Assembly (NCBI GenBank): GCA_018817165.1
Contig: JAHITY010000124.1
Coordinates: 97,973-161,972 of the forward strand
DNA from: Candidatus Omnitrophota bacterium
GTDB taxonomy: Bacteria > Omnitrophota > Gorgyraeia > B26-G9
DNA length: 64,000 nucleotides
Direction of reading: 5' to 3'
The notes under the pieces: generated by a model
What the model was told of the DNA's origin: nothing
The model's database searches: none
The model's input: only the letters and a program-made list of their open reading frames with translations
Shown: in pieces, positions 29,102 to 37,744 of the stretch
How positions within the stretch are numbered: position 1 is the stretch's first letter
Layout of the letters: every line of letters starts with the position of its first letter
Program-made: the position numbers and the translations under genes

Positions 29102-30373
29102 ATGAAATTTATTGCTGATTTACATATCCATTCTAAATACAGCCGCGCTACATCTCCAAATATGGATTTGCCTAATCTGGCTAAATGGGCAAAAATAAAA
29201 GGCATTGATCTTTTAGGCACAGGTGATTTTACGCATCATCTTTGGCTGGAGCATTTAAAATCAGTGCTCAAGCCGTCAGGCAATGGATTATTTGTTTATA
29301 ATGATGTTCATTTTATGCTGACTGCTGAGATCAGTAGTATTTATTCTAAAAACAATCGCTGTTATCGGATCCATAATCTGATTTTCGCGTCTTCATTTGA
29401 AACAGTTGATAAAATAAATAAAGCATTGTCCGCGATCGGCAATCTGCGATCTGACGGCCGGCCGATTCTTGGCTTGGACGCGGCCAAACTGGCAAGAATT
29501 GTTTTTGATATTGATCCTAATTGTATGTTGGTGCCGGCGCATATTTGGACTCCCTGGTTTAGTTTATTTGGTTCAAAGTCAGGATTTGATTTAATCGAAG
29601 ATTGTTTTGAAGAGCAGGCAAAAAATATTTTTGCTCTGGAAACCGGACTTTCTTCCGATCCGGCAATGAACTGGCGTTTGAGTGCCTTGGATAAATACAG
29701 TTTGATCTCCAATTCAGATTGTCATTCACCCCAGAAAATCGGCAGAGAAGCTAATGTGTTTGATTGTGAAATGTCATATTTTGAAATCAGAGATGTTTTA
29801 AAAACTAAAGACAAAAAAAGGTTTCTCTATACGATTGAATTTTTTCCGGAAGAAGGTAAATATCATTATGATGGACATCGTAACTGTAAGGTAAGGTTAT
29901 CGCCGCAACAGACTAAAGCAAATAAAGGACTTTGCCCTGAATGCGGTAAAGCAGTTACAGTGGGTGTTACTAATCGAGTGGAAGTTTTGGCTGACCGTCC
30001 GGAAGGGTTTATTCCTGATAATGCTATTCCGTTTAAAAATTTGATTCCTTTGGAAGAAATTATTGCCGAAGCTTTAGAAGTAGGGCGCACGTCAAAAAGA
30101 GTGGCGGCTGCTTATGATCAGGCAATAAAAACATTAGGCAAAGAATTTGATATTTTGATGCATAAAACTGAAAAGGAACTTTTGTTTGCCTTGCCGCCAC
30201 GAATAGCTGAGGGAATTTTAAAAGTCCGCCGGGCTGAATGTATAATCAAACCGGGATATGATGGTGAATATGGAATTATTAGTATATTTGAAAAAGATGA
30301 GACTAAAATGAAGAAAACAAGTAAAATAAAGAAGAATGATAAAATTGGAAAGAATAAAAAAGGGGAAAAGTAG
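29102..30373 (+). CDS. endonuclease Q-like PHP-domain nuclease with zinc ribbon
   Basis: Blocks DLHIHSKYSRATS, GTGD, DGRPIL, PAHIWTPW, ETGLSSD, ISNSDCHSP, GREANVF, GKYH, CPECGK, PGYDGEYGII align one-to-one with archaeal EndoQ. Confidence 0.7.
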   Translation: MKFIADLHIHSKYSRATSPNMDLPNLAKWAKIKGIDLLGTGDFTHHLWLEHLKSVLKPSGNGLFVYNDVHFMLTAEISSIYSKNNRCYRIHNLIFASSFETVDKINKALSAIGNLRSDGRPILGLDAAKLARIVFDIDPNCMLVPAHIWTPWFSLFGSKSGFDLIEDCFEEQAKNIFALETGLSSDPAMNWRLSALDKYSLISNSDCHSPQKIGREANVFDCEMSYFEIRDVLKTKDKKRFLYTIEFFPEEGKYHYDGHRNCKVRLSPQQTKANKGLCPECGKAVTVGVTNRVEVLADRPEGFIPDNAIPFKNLIPLEEIIAEALEVGRTSKRVAAAYDQAIKTLGKEFDILMHKTEKELLFALPPRIAEGILKVRRAECIIKPGYDGEYGIISIFEKDETKMKKTSKIKKNDKIGKNKKGEK

Positions 30374-30431
30374 TTAGATCTTTTTTAGGTTATTTTCTGG
30401 ATGAATAAATACAATAGGAGAAAATAGAAAA

Positions 30432-30914
30432 ATGAAAAGAGCAATAGTCGTTTATTATTCATATTCCGGCAATACTAAAAAAACAGCAGGATTTCTCAAA
30501 GACAAGATTACCCGTAAATTTCAAACTGATGTGCTTGAACTTAAACCCGCGGATGAATCAAGATTTTTCTTAAAACAATGTGTGCGCGCTTTTCGCAAAG
30601 TGCAGGCTGATTTGAAGCAGGATCTGATCTTGGATTTAAAGGACTATGATTTGATTGCTCTGGGCACTCCGGTCTGGGCTTTTGGTATGGCGCCGGCGAT
30701 GCGTAGCTATATTGATAAATGTAAAGGGCTTTCGGAAAAAAAAGTAATTTTATTTGCTACATATGGCAGCGGAGTAGGCAAAGATAAATGTGTGCAGGAA
30801 ATGGCGGAGATTGTCAAAGCCAAAGGGGCTGATGAAGTCAGGTCTTTTTTAATTCCGCATTATGATGTTAAAAATGGCGATGTGTTTGAGCAAAAAAGCA
30901 ATGGCTTAGTTTGA
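30432..30914 (+). CDS. flavodoxin-like protein
   Basis: AIVVYYSYSGNTKKTA FMN-binding N-terminus; ~160 aa. Confidence 0.6.
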   Translation: MKRAIVVYYSYSGNTKKTAGFLKDKITRKFQTDVLELKPADESRFFLKQCVRAFRKVQADLKQDLILDLKDYDLIALGTPVWAFGMAPAMRSYIDKCKGLSEKKVILFATYGSGVGKDKCVQEMAEIVKAKGADEVRSFLIPHYDVKNGDVFEQKSNGLV

Positions 30915-30955
30915 TATGAAAAAATCAAATTTTGAAAATACTAGGATAAGCTGAT

Positions 30956-31342
30956 ATGGAAAATATTGTTGTGCGCACAAAAAGCCGGGTGGAATTGATT
31001 GATATTACTGCGCAGATCCAGGATATTGTTACGCTTAATCATCTGGACGAAGGAATTTGTCAGGTTTTTGTTCCGCATACTACTGCCGGAATTACAATCA
31101 ATGAAAATGCTGATCCTGATGTCTGTTCTGATATTATCAATTGCTTAAATAAAATGGTACCGTTTAATGATATGTATAAACATGCTGAAGGTAATTCCGC
31201 GGCGCATATTAAAGCCTCAATGCTTGGATTTTCTCTGAGTGTGATTGTTGAAGGCGGCAGGCTGCAATTAGGAACTTGGCAAGGAATTTATTTTGCGGAG
31301 TTTGACGGTCCGCGCAATCGTAAGGTTTGGGTGAAGCTATAA
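30956..31342 (+). CDS. YjbQ family (UPF0047) secondary thiamine-phosphate synthase-like protein
   Basis: VFVPHTTAGITINENADPDV and GTWQGIYF...EFDGPRNRKV. Confidence 0.7.
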   Translation: MENIVVRTKSRVELIDITAQIQDIVTLNHLDEGICQVFVPHTTAGITINENADPDVCSDIINCLNKMVPFNDMYKHAEGNSAAHIKASMLGFSLSVIVEGGRLQLGTWQGIYFAEFDGPRNRKVWVKL

Positions 31343-31346
31343 AACA

Positions 31347-31441
31347 GCTTAGCTGATGGCTGATAGCTCATAGCTTATAAAAAACTCAAAGAAGAATGTA
31401 AAGCCAAAAAATATTAGCTAACAGCTAAGAGCTATGAGCTA
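31347..31441. repeat. two clusters of AGCTNAT heptamer tandem repeats with an 11-bp inverted core
   Basis: agctgatggctgatagctcatagct and agctaacagctaagagctatgagct; agctcatagct / agctatgagct are reverse complements. Confidence 0.55.
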
Positions 31442-31463
31442 AATTTTTCAAGGAAAAATTTTT

Positions 31464-32282
31464 ATGCCTGAATTGCCGGAAGTTGAAACAATTAAAACTG
31501 ATTTAGAAAAAGTAATTCTTAATCAGACAATTACTAAGGTAGATGTCTTGCGGGCCAGCGTAGTCAAACAGCCGGAAATTAATAAATTTAAAGCTGGTTT
31601 AACAAACGCGCTGATAAAGCAAATAATCCGCAGAGGCAAACTGCTGGTCATAGATATTCAAACAAAAGATAAGAAAACTTTATATCTGACCATACATTTG
31701 CGGATGACCGGGCAGTTGGTTTACGGCGCTTTGGATAAAAAAGCGCGGGTAAGTTTTAAATTATCCAATGGCGATTATTTATGCTACAATGATCAGCGTA
31801 CTTTGGGTGAATTAAGATTAGTTAAAGATTGGAAACAGCTGAGTGTTGTTGCTAAAATGGGCCCAGAGCCTTTATCTAGTGAATTCAAACTAAATCTATT
31901 TGCTAAGATTTTGGCTAAACGCTCCGCAAAGATAAAACCATTGCTGCTTGATCAGCATTTTATTGCCGGGATCGGCAATATTTATGCAGCTGAGGCATTG
32001 TTTTTATCCAAAATAATGCCTGATCGTTTGGCTTGCAGTTTAAAACCAGATGAAGTTAAATTATTATTTAAAAATATCAAGCAGGTTTTAAATAAAGCAA
32101 TTAAATGCCGAGGATCATCTTTTAGTGATTATCGTGACGGTCATGGACAGAAGGGTAACTTTTCGCAGCATTTTTATGTATATGGCCGAAAAGCCCAGCC
32201 ATGTCTGGTTTGCAAAAATAAAATTCAAAGAATTGCTTTAGGCGGCAGAGGAACTTTTTTTTGCGGGAAATGCCAGGTCTAA
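31464..32282 (+). CDS. mutM: formamidopyrimidine-DNA glycosylase
   Basis: N-terminal MPELPEVE (catalytic Pro2/Glu3), C-terminal zinc finger CLVCKNKIQ...CGKCQ. Confidence 0.85.
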   Translation: MPELPEVETIKTDLEKVILNQTITKVDVLRASVVKQPEINKFKAGLTNALIKQIIRRGKLLVIDIQTKDKKTLYLTIHLRMTGQLVYGALDKKARVSFKLSNGDYLCYNDQRTLGELRLVKDWKQLSVVAKMGPEPLSSEFKLNLFAKILAKRSAKIKPLLLDQHFIAGIGNIYAAEALFLSKIMPDRLACSLKPDEVKLLFKNIKQVLNKAIKCRGSSFSDYRDGHGQKGNFSQHFYVYGRKAQPCLVCKNKIQRIALGGRGTFFCGKCQV

Positions 32283-32315
32283 GTCACAAAGTCACCAGGA
32301 CACCAGGTCACAAGG
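32283..32315. repeat. tandem octamer array (TCACMAGG x4)
   Basis: gtcacaaag tcaccagg acaccagg tcacaagg; near-identical array at 47502-47533; inverted partial copy at 32478-32500. Confidence 0.6.
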
Positions 32316-32564
32316 TAAAAGCAGAAGACAGACTATAGAAAAATAGCGGGTAAATGGTAGTCGGTGACGAAGCCCGTATTGGTAACGTTAACGGTCACGG
32401 TTAAAATTAATAAATTTTATGCCGAAAGACGTTTCCCTATAACGAAACGGGCATCGTAACCTTAACCATCACCTTTTAAAGATGTACCTTGTGTCCTTGT
32501 GAAATTTTTACGCAATATTCAATACGCACGACTCAATACTAAATAGTTAATACGGAGTAAATAG

Positions 32565-33407
32565 ATGTTATATGATTTGAAAGCTAAAATTGAAATCAAT
32601 CAGCAGCTAGCAGCCAGTGTTTATTATCTGGAATTAAGTATGGCGAGCATTCCGGCAAAACTTAAGCCTGGGCATTTTGTCCATATTCGTTTGATGCACA
32701 CTAATGATCCTTTATTGCGCAGGCCTTTGAGTGTAAACCGGATTGTTGAACGTAAGATTAAGAATAAAATCGTAAAAAATATCGGGATTGTTTATAAAAT
32801 TGTGGGCAAAGGGACTCATCTATTAAAAGAAATGGCAGTGGGTGAAGAAGTTGATGTTTTGGGTCCTTTGGGTAATGGATTTAATTCAAATGTTTTAAAA
32901 CCTCAGCAGCCGATCATTATGGTTAGTGGTGGAATGGGAATAGCGCCCTTGGTTTTTCTCGCTCAAAAACTAATTGCCGCTAAGTCAAAAAAACAAATTA
33001 CTGTTTTTCTGGGCATGGATACAAAAAAGAATTTAATTTTAGAAGAAGATTTTAAAAAACTTGGCTGTGCGATTCAGATATCTACTGATGATGGAAGTAA
33101 GGGGTTTAAAGGTTATGTGTCAGATTGTCTGGAAAAATATTTATCTAAAACCTATACCCTAAATCCTAAACCCTATATTTACGCCTGCGGTCCAAAACCG
33201 ATGCTCAAAGCTTTGGGGATTGTGGCTAATAAATTTGATATTCCGGGGCAAGTTTCTTTGGATGAAATGATGGGCTGTGGAATTGGCGCGTGTCTGGGGT
33301 GTGTGGTTAAAACTCATGATCCAAAGCAGGAAAAAGATTTTGTCTATAAGCGGATCTGTAAAGACGGCCCGGTATTTGATATTAATGAAATTATTTGGGA
33401 GGAATAA
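32565..33407 (+). CDS. pyrK: dihydroorotate dehydrogenase electron transfer subunit
   Basis: FAD/NAD-binding RRPLSV, GGMGIAP and C-terminal CGxGACLGC 2Fe-2S motif. Confidence 0.8.
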   Translation: MLYDLKAKIEINQQLAASVYYLELSMASIPAKLKPGHFVHIRLMHTNDPLLRRPLSVNRIVERKIKNKIVKNIGIVYKIVGKGTHLLKEMAVGEEVDVLGPLGNGFNSNVLKPQQPIIMVSGGMGIAPLVFLAQKLIAAKSKKQITVFLGMDTKKNLILEEDFKKLGCAIQISTDDGSKGFKGYVSDCLEKYLSKTYTLNPKPYIYACGPKPMLKALGIVANKFDIPGQVSLDEMMGCGIGACLGCVVKTHDPKQEKDFVYKRICKDGPVFDINEIIWEE

Positions 33408-33410
33408 TTT

Positions 33411-33767
33411 ATGAACCTGGGATTTGTCCTGATGGGGCTTGTCGCTGGAATATTTGGCGGTTTTTTCGGCATTGGCGGAGCAGTGGTAATGGTTCCTTGT
33501 TTGGTTTTTTTATTTGGATTTTCGCAACATCAGGCCCAAGGTACGACTTTGGCAGCAATGATTCCTCCCATCGGTTTGCTGGCTGCTTTAAAGTATTATT
33601 CTCAGGGGCATGTTAAGGTTGTGCCAGCCATGCTGATTGCTTTGGGATTTTTCTTTGGCGGATATCTTGGTTCAATACTGGTGGGTAAAGTGTCGGAAAT
33701 GATGCTGAAAAAAATGTTTGGTTTTTTTCTTTTGGCAATGAGTTTTCGATTAATTTTTTTTAAATAA
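33411..33767 (+). CDS. small TSUP/TauE-SafE-like membrane protein (half-size)
   Basis: Gly-rich TM helices FGGFFGIGGAVVMVP typical of DUF81/TSUP repeats; inserted between pyrK and pyrD. Confidence 0.4.
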   Translation: MNLGFVLMGLVAGIFGGFFGIGGAVVMVPCLVFLFGFSQHQAQGTTLAAMIPPIGLLAALKYYSQGHVKVVPAMLIALGFFFGGYLGSILVGKVSEMMLKKMFGFFLLAMSFRLIFFK

Positions 33768-33782
33768 AGGCAGTTTAAATTT

Positions 33783-34712
33783 ATGCAGACAAGTGTAAAC
33801 CTAGGTAAATTAAAATTAAAAAACCCTGTAACCGTTGCCTCTGGAACTTTTGGTTATGCTCAGGAATTTAAAGATCTGGTTGATCTGGATTCATTGGGCG
33901 CGATAATTACTAAAACAATTACTTTAAATCCTCGCGCGGGAAATCCCACTCCCAGACTTGCGGAAACTTCTTCCGGTATGCTCAATGCGATTGGTTTGCA
34001 GAATGAAGGTTTGGATAATTTTATCAGCGTAAAGTTACCAATGCTTCAGAAAATTAAAACTAAGCTAATTGTCAGTGTTAGCGCGAATTCAGCCGATGAG
34101 TTTATTCACTGCGTGGTTGCTTTGGAAAAAGCAGATGTAGAGGCGGTAGAATTGAATCTGTCCTGCCCGAATATAAAATACGCCAAGCTTAAAAGCCACA
34201 AGGGCAAGGCTAGAATCTTTGCTCAGGATGAAAACGATACATTCCGCTTGATTAATGCGGTTGCTAAAAAAACCAATCTGGTTTTAATTGCTAAATTAAG
34301 CCCAAATGTTACTGATATAACCAGTATTGCCATGGCCGCACAAAAAGCCGGGGCGCATGCTCTGAGTTTAGTAAATACATTTTCCGCTATGGCGATTGAT
34401 ATAAATACGCTTAAGCCTCGATTAGCTAATGTGAACGGCGGTTTAAGCGGTCCGGCGATCAAGCCGATTGCCGTAAAAATGGTTTATGATGTCGCGCAGG
34501 CAGTGAATATTCCGCTATTGGGTATGGGCGGGATAATGAATGCTGATGATGCTATTGAATTTATTTTGGCCGGAGCAACCGCAATCAGCGTGGGAACTGC
34601 GAATTTTGTTCAGCCCAATGTTTCCATGGAGATTATTAAAGGAATTGAGCGGTATTGCCAAAAAAATAATATTAAAGATATTAATAAACTGATTGGCAAG
34701 TTTAGAGTATAA
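33783..34712 (+). CDS. pyrD: dihydroorotate dehydrogenase catalytic subunit (class 1B)
   Basis: NPVTVASGTFGY, NLSCPN, GGI...A motifs. Confidence 0.85.
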   Translation: MQTSVNLGKLKLKNPVTVASGTFGYAQEFKDLVDLDSLGAIITKTITLNPRAGNPTPRLAETSSGMLNAIGLQNEGLDNFISVKLPMLQKIKTKLIVSVSANSADEFIHCVVALEKADVEAVELNLSCPNIKYAKLKSHKGKARIFAQDENDTFRLINAVAKKTNLVLIAKLSPNVTDITSIAMAAQKAGAHALSLVNTFSAMAIDINTLKPRLANVNGGLSGPAIKPIAVKMVYDVAQAVNIPLLGMGGIMNADDAIEFILAGATAISVGTANFVQPNVSMEIIKGIERYCQKNNIKDINKLIGKFRV

Positions 34713-34793
34713 TAAGATTTAATCTAGTATATGCAATAGAAATAATTTAAATAATAAGAGTTAAGCTGAAATAATTAATAAATCAGAGGTAAA

Positions 34794-35504
34794 ATGAAAA
34801 CACAATTAATTGTTGCTTTGGATGTCCCGGATTTAAAACAAGCAGAAGATCTTGTAAAAGAATTATCCCCTGTAGTTAAATATTTTAAAATCGGCATGCA
34901 GCTATTTACGGCTTGTGGTCCAAATGTTGTGCGGATGGTGCGCAAATATAATTCTGATGTTTTTCTTGATTTGAAATTTCATGATATTCCCAATACAGTG
35001 GCTCAGGCAGCCTTGAGTTCTTTGCGTTTGGGTGTTTCGATGTTTAATGTGCACGCTCTGGGCGGAGATGTAATGCTGGCCACTGTGATCCAGGCAATCA
35101 ATAAAGAAATTGAACAGACTAAACAGCCGTCGCCGATCGTGCTCGGGGTTACTGTTTTGACCAGTATGGACAGGCAGCAGTTAAACCGTGTGGGGGTTAT
35201 CCGCAGTGTGAAAAATGAAGTTGTTGGTTTGGCGGGATTATGTAAAAAAGCGGGTTTAAGCGGAGTGGTTTGTTCGGGCAAAGAGATAAAATTATTACGC
35301 CGAGTCATGGGAAAAGATTTCATTTTAGTGGTACCTGGGATCAGACCATTGGAAGCTAAAGCTGATGATCAAAAAAGAATTGTTACTCCAACTCAGGCAG
35401 CAGAGTGGGGAGCGGATTATATTGTTGTGGGTCGTCCGATAACTCAAGCCACAAACCGGATTCAGGCAGCAAAAGAAATTTTAAGTGATTTAAATAAAGC
35501 TTAA
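34794..35504 (+). CDS. pyrF: orotidine 5-prime-phosphate decarboxylase
   Basis: LIVALDVP ... DLKFHDIPNTV motifs. Confidence 0.85.
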   Translation: MKTQLIVALDVPDLKQAEDLVKELSPVVKYFKIGMQLFTACGPNVVRMVRKYNSDVFLDLKFHDIPNTVAQAALSSLRLGVSMFNVHALGGDVMLATVIQAINKEIEQTKQPSPIVLGVTVLTSMDRQQLNRVGVIRSVKNEVVGLAGLCKKAGLSGVVCSGKEIKLLRRVMGKDFILVVPGIRPLEAKADDQKRIVTPTQAAEWGADYIVVGRPITQATNRIQAAKEILSDLNKA

Positions 35505-35512
35505 GGAGAATT

Positions 35513-36688
35513 ATGGAAACAGGGAAAAAAGTCAGTCAGAGTCTGATTATATCTTTGTGTCTGACTACGGTTATTCCGATTTTGGTAGCGGTTTATCTGA
35601 TCAAGCCTGATCTTTTTTTTGTTTCCGGTAAAGTCAATGCTCCGCTGATCATAGGGATTACGGTAATTATTATTGCTATGGGCGTGTATATTATGTTTCG
35701 GATAAGTCAAGCGATCAATCAATTATCGAATAATGCGACTTTATTGGCTAAAGGTGATTTAGCTTCGGTAAATAAAGCGCCAATACCCATAGAACTAAAA
35801 AAACATTCAGATGTCAGCGGTTTATCGGAATCTCTGAATCTGATTACTGAACAGCTGATTTTCAATGTCGATGAATTGGAAAGCAAAGCAATCCTTTTAG
35901 AGCGGACTAATCGGGCCTTAGAAGAAATAAATAAAACTAAAGATAAATTCATTTCATTGATGTCGCATGAGCTGCGCGCTCCTTTGATTAATATAAAACA
36001 ATGTTCGTCGATGATTTTGGAAGGGCATTTTGGGACGCTGGTTTCGCAGCAAAAGGAAAGTCTGCTGATGATCAAGAATAATTCACAAAGACTGATAGCG
36101 ATGATTGCTGATTTGCTTGATGTTAGCAAGCTTAATTCCCGCCAATTAAATTATTCACAGGTTAATATTCATGATTTGCTTGATGATGCTTTATCTACAG
36201 TCAATCATTGGTGTCAAAGCAAAGGGATAAAAATTAGTTTAAAAGGGTTGACAAAGGAGATGCAGGTTTATGCTGATTATGAAAGAATCAGGCAAGTCTG
36301 TACTAATTTACTGAGTAATGCGATTAAATATACTCGTCCACGCGGAATAATTGTAATTTCCGTAAGGATGCTCAAGGAAAAGCAAACGGAAAGTCAATTG
36401 CATGAATTTAATCAACAACCATTTGTGGAAATAGAAGTAAAAGATAATGGGATTGGGATTGCCGAAGCTGATCTGGTTAAAATCTTTGATCGGTTTGTTA
36501 AAATCAAGAATCCGGATTTCAACAATAGTTTAAACAGTACAGGTTTAGGGCTTTCGATTGTTAAGGAAATTGTGGAGATGCATGGCGGAAGTATATCCGT
36601 AAAAAGCGCAATTGAAAAAGGCAGTAGCTTTATTGTTTCATTGCCTTTAATCGAGGCTAAACAGCAGGAAGTTAATGTTGCTGTCTAA
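35513..36688 (+). CDS. sensor histidine kinase
   Basis: H-box LMSHELRAPL, N/G boxes LLSNAIKYT and GIGLSIVKEIVEMHGG; two N-terminal TM helices. Confidence 0.8.
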   Translation: METGKKVSQSLIISLCLTTVIPILVAVYLIKPDLFFVSGKVNAPLIIGITVIIIAMGVYIMFRISQAINQLSNNATLLAKGDLASVNKAPIPIELKKHSDVSGLSESLNLITEQLIFNVDELESKAILLERTNRALEEINKTKDKFISLMSHELRAPLINIKQCSSMILEGHFGTLVSQQKESLLMIKNNSQRLIAMIADLLDVSKLNSRQLNYSQVNIHDLLDDALSTVNHWCQSKGIKISLKGLTKEMQVYADYERIRQVCTNLLSNAIKYTRPRGIIVISVRMLKEKQTESQLHEFNQQPFVEIEVKDNGIGIAEADLVKIFDRFVKIKNPDFNNSLNSTGLGLSIVKEIVEMHGGSISVKSAIEKGSSFIVSLPLIEAKQQEVNVAV

Positions 36689-36705
36689 TGTATGGATATG
36701 TTTAG

Positions 36706-36734
36706 TTGACTTAAAATCGATAATTAAGTATACT
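36706..36734 (+). promoter_or_regulatory. putative sigma-70 promoter TTGACT-N17-TATACT
   Basis: Near-consensus -35/-10 with 17-bp spacer, ~70 bp upstream of yicC. Confidence 0.4.
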
Positions 36735-36802
36735 ATATGTTTGATTTAAATAACTTTTAAAAACCTAAGTTATGAATTTTAAAACCAAAAAGGACGGATA
36801 AA

Positions 36803-37681
36803 TTGATAAAGAGTATGACGGGTTTTGGCAAAGGCAAGGCTGCTTATGCCGGTGGTAATATTCAGATTGAATTAAAAACATTTAATCATAAATATTTCGA
36901 GGCAGGCTATAAATTGCCGGATAATCTCCAGGAAATCGAAACCCAGGTTAAAAATACGCTTAAAAATCAGATTTGCCGCGGTAAGCTGTATCTCTGGGTG
37001 CATTATGAACAGCTGCAGGATAATAGCAATGATATTATTATTGATCAGAAAAAACTCAAACGTTACTATAAATTATTAAATGATATTAAAAAACAGCTGC
37101 ACTTGAAAGATGAGATCAGTTTGGCGCAGCTGACAGCTTATTCAGATATTATTGTTACCAAGCCGGCCAAAGAAAATAAAAAAGCTTTGTTCAAAGCAGC
37201 CAATATGGCAATTAGCCGGGCTTTAGCGGCTTTAATCGGCATGCGTAAAAAAGAAGGCTTGGCTTTATACAAAGATCTTAATACCCGGGCACAGACTATT
37301 GAAAAATCATTGCAGAAAATAAGCGTTTATCTACCGGAAGAAATAAAAGGTTTTCGGGTCAAGCTGAATAAAAAAGCCAAAGAATGTGCTGATAAAAACG
37401 GAATTAAAAAAGAGCGAATTGAAGCGGAAGTGGCTTTATTTGCTAAAAGTTGCGATATTGCGGAAGAGATTACTCGCTTAAAATCGCATTTAGCTAATTT
37501 TAAATCGTCTTTAAAAAGCGCCGGAGAAGTGGGAAAAGTACTTGATTTTATTGCTCAGGAAATTCAAAGAGAAATTAATACTATTGGCGCTAAATCCTCT
37601 GATTTTCGGATTGCCAAAGAAGTGATAAAAGTAAAAGGCGAGGTTGAAAAGATCAGAGAACAAGTTCAGAACGTTGAATAA
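36803..37681 (+). CDS. yicC: YicC family stress-induced protein
   Basis: N-terminal MIKSMTGFGKG and overall YicC_N / DUF1732 architecture; TTG start. Confidence 0.75.
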   Translation: MIKSMTGFGKGKAAYAGGNIQIELKTFNHKYFEAGYKLPDNLQEIETQVKNTLKNQICRGKLYLWVHYEQLQDNSNDIIIDQKKLKRYYKLLNDIKKQLHLKDEISLAQLTAYSDIIVTKPAKENKKALFKAANMAISRALAALIGMRKKEGLALYKDLNTRAQTIEKSLQKISVYLPEEIKGFRVKLNKKAKECADKNGIKKERIEAEVALFAKSCDIAEEITRLKSHLANFKSSLKSAGEVGKVLDFIAQEIQREINTIGAKSSDFRIAKEVIKVKGEVEKIREQVQNVE

Positions 37682-37744
37682 ATTAAAAACATATTTATTT
37701 TATTGATGTTTCGCCAAACCGTAGCTTAAAGAATTGTGATAAAT

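Noticed and set aside
28882-29220. 112-aa ORF on the minus strand with internally repeated peptide LTYGVL..SSQP.R
   Set aside because: It is the translation of two copies of the X repeat element; it has no start context and overlaps the repeat exactly
32283-32315. Octamer arrays considered as CRISPR repeats
   Set aside because: Units are only 8 bp, directly tandem with no spacers, and no cas genes are present
33395-33616. 73-aa ORF overlapping the TSUP-like gene in another frame
   Set aside because: Trp/Arg-rich low-complexity translation of the Gly-rich membrane gene's alternate frame
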